A stretch of 64,000 nt of DNA, taken from positions 64,001 through 128,000 of the IMG/VR virus record IMGVR_UViG_2862465376_000001; one strand, given 5' to 3'. This document shows positions 63,172-64,000 of the stretch, in pieces. This DNA comes from a virus. Its lineage: Duplodnaviria; Caudoviricetes. The first letter of the stretch is position 1. Every line of letters begins with the position of its first letter. The position numbers and the translations under genes were made by a program. The notes beneath the pieces are model-generated. The model had not been told where the DNA came from and ran no database searches. It worked only from the letters and a program-made list of their open reading frames with translations.

Positions 63172-64000
63172 CTACGCCTTCGCGAGGTATCCGGCGAGGT
63201 CGTACACCGGAGAGCCGTCCAGGTCGTGCCGGGCCAGGTCGTAGCGGTTCGTGGTGCGGGGATCGGCGTGACCGAGGAAGCGCTGCACCTTCCGCAGCGG
63301 CACACCTGCGTCGAGCATCAGCGTGGCGCAGGTGTGGCGCAGGCCGTGCGGGGAGAGCGCCTTGTCGATGCGGGCAGCCCTGCAGCAGCGCTGGACGATG
63401 CCCGCGATACGCCGGTTGGTCAGCCGCTTGCCGTCGGCGCACAGCACGAGAGCGTCGCCGTCACGGCGACCGGGCCGCCGCGCGAGGTGCTCGTCCAGCG
63501 CGCGGGCGGCGTCCGGCGGCACCACCAGGGTCTGCTTCTTGGTGCGCTTGCGGACGATCTGCAGAGTCCGGTGGCCGCGCGCCCCGCCGTAGCTGGCCAC
63601 GTTCGCGGCCTCCAGCTCGGCCGACCGCAGGCCCATCCCCAGCAGGATCTCGATGACGGCCGCGTCGGCCGCCCCGTACTCCCAGCTCATCGCCCGCAGC
63701 CGCTGGGCCTCCTCCTTGTCCAGCCCGAGCGTCTGCGACTCGTCAGAGGTCTCGACCCGGTGCTTCTTCCGCCACGGCGTGTGCTCGATCTCGAACGCCT
63801 GCGGGTACTCGTCCAGGCCGTACTCGTACCAGGAGTTCATGGCCGACAGGGCCTGGTTCACCGCCGAGGCGCCGAGCACCTCCTGCAGGTCCGCCGACCA
63901 CTGCGCGGAGTGCTGGCGCCGGGCAGCCAGCGGCGAGACCCCGTTGTCCAGCGTCCAGTCGAACCAGTTGCCGACGCACCGTCGGTAGGCCCGCTTGGTA
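63172..64000 (-). CDS. XerC/D-like tyrosine recombinase (5' end outside window)
   Basis: GLRSAEL, SPHGLRH, LGHADPRTTNRY: full catalytic set. Confidence 0.9.
   Translation of the reverse strand, partial: TKRAYRRCVGNWFDWTLDNGVSPLAARRQHSAQWSADLQEVLGASAVNQALSAMNSWYEYGLDEYPQAFEIEHTPWRKKHRVETSDESQTLGLDKEEAQRLRAMSWEYGAADAAVIEILLGMGLRSAELEAANVASYGGARGHRTLQIVRKRTKKQTLVVPPDAARALDEHLARRPGRRDGDALVLCADGKRLTNRRIAGIVQRCCRAARIDKALSPHGLRHTCATLMLDAGVPLRKVQRFLGHADPRTTNRYDLARHDLDGSPVYDLAGYLAKA

Noticed and set aside
63993-64000. First 8 nt of spacer 4 (GCTTGGTA) match the last 8 nt of the window
   Set aside because: An 8-nt match is expected by chance, there is no I-E-type PAM upstream, and the continuation is not visible.

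Overview
This high-GC window (Streptomyces-like by inference) looks like part of a large phage-plasmid or temperate myophage. It holds a partial parA at the left edge, a contractile-tail baseplate and fibre module (0.4-14 kb), an SNF2 helicase and a putative plasmid Rep with a long structured leader (14-18.5 kb). A co-directional replication/recombination block follows (DinG, 5'-3' exonuclease, DnaC-like loader, DnaB, WhiB, primase, gp32-like SSB, DnaE, RecA, PD-(D/E)XK and RuvC-like nucleases, sigma-70 region-4 protein; 18.5-47 kb). After it come a terminase, two multidomain polyvalent proteins (GNAT, nucleotidyltransferase, ART-like, 2H phosphoesterase), an SpdB-like protein and an accessory end with two tyrosine recombinases. 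No capsid, portal or cas operon is visible. Three non-coding signals stand out. (1) A cas-less cluster of seven sequence-divergent but structure-conserved type I-E CRISPR-repeat-like units at 57190-57495, with promoter and terminator and mostly short spacers (candidate multi-Racr/decoy crRNA locus). (2) About 22 short stem-loops with an invariant CCGCCA loop and variable stems in 5' leaders of replication/regulatory genes, often hiding the RBS, plus a candidate complementary UUGGCG-loop small RNA at about 49.9 kb (candidate element-wide post-transcriptional regulon). (3) A bipartite TGT-N22-AAGGGGTGA motif upstream of virion/packaging genes (candidate late promoter). All product calls come from motif recognition by eye; no database search was run.
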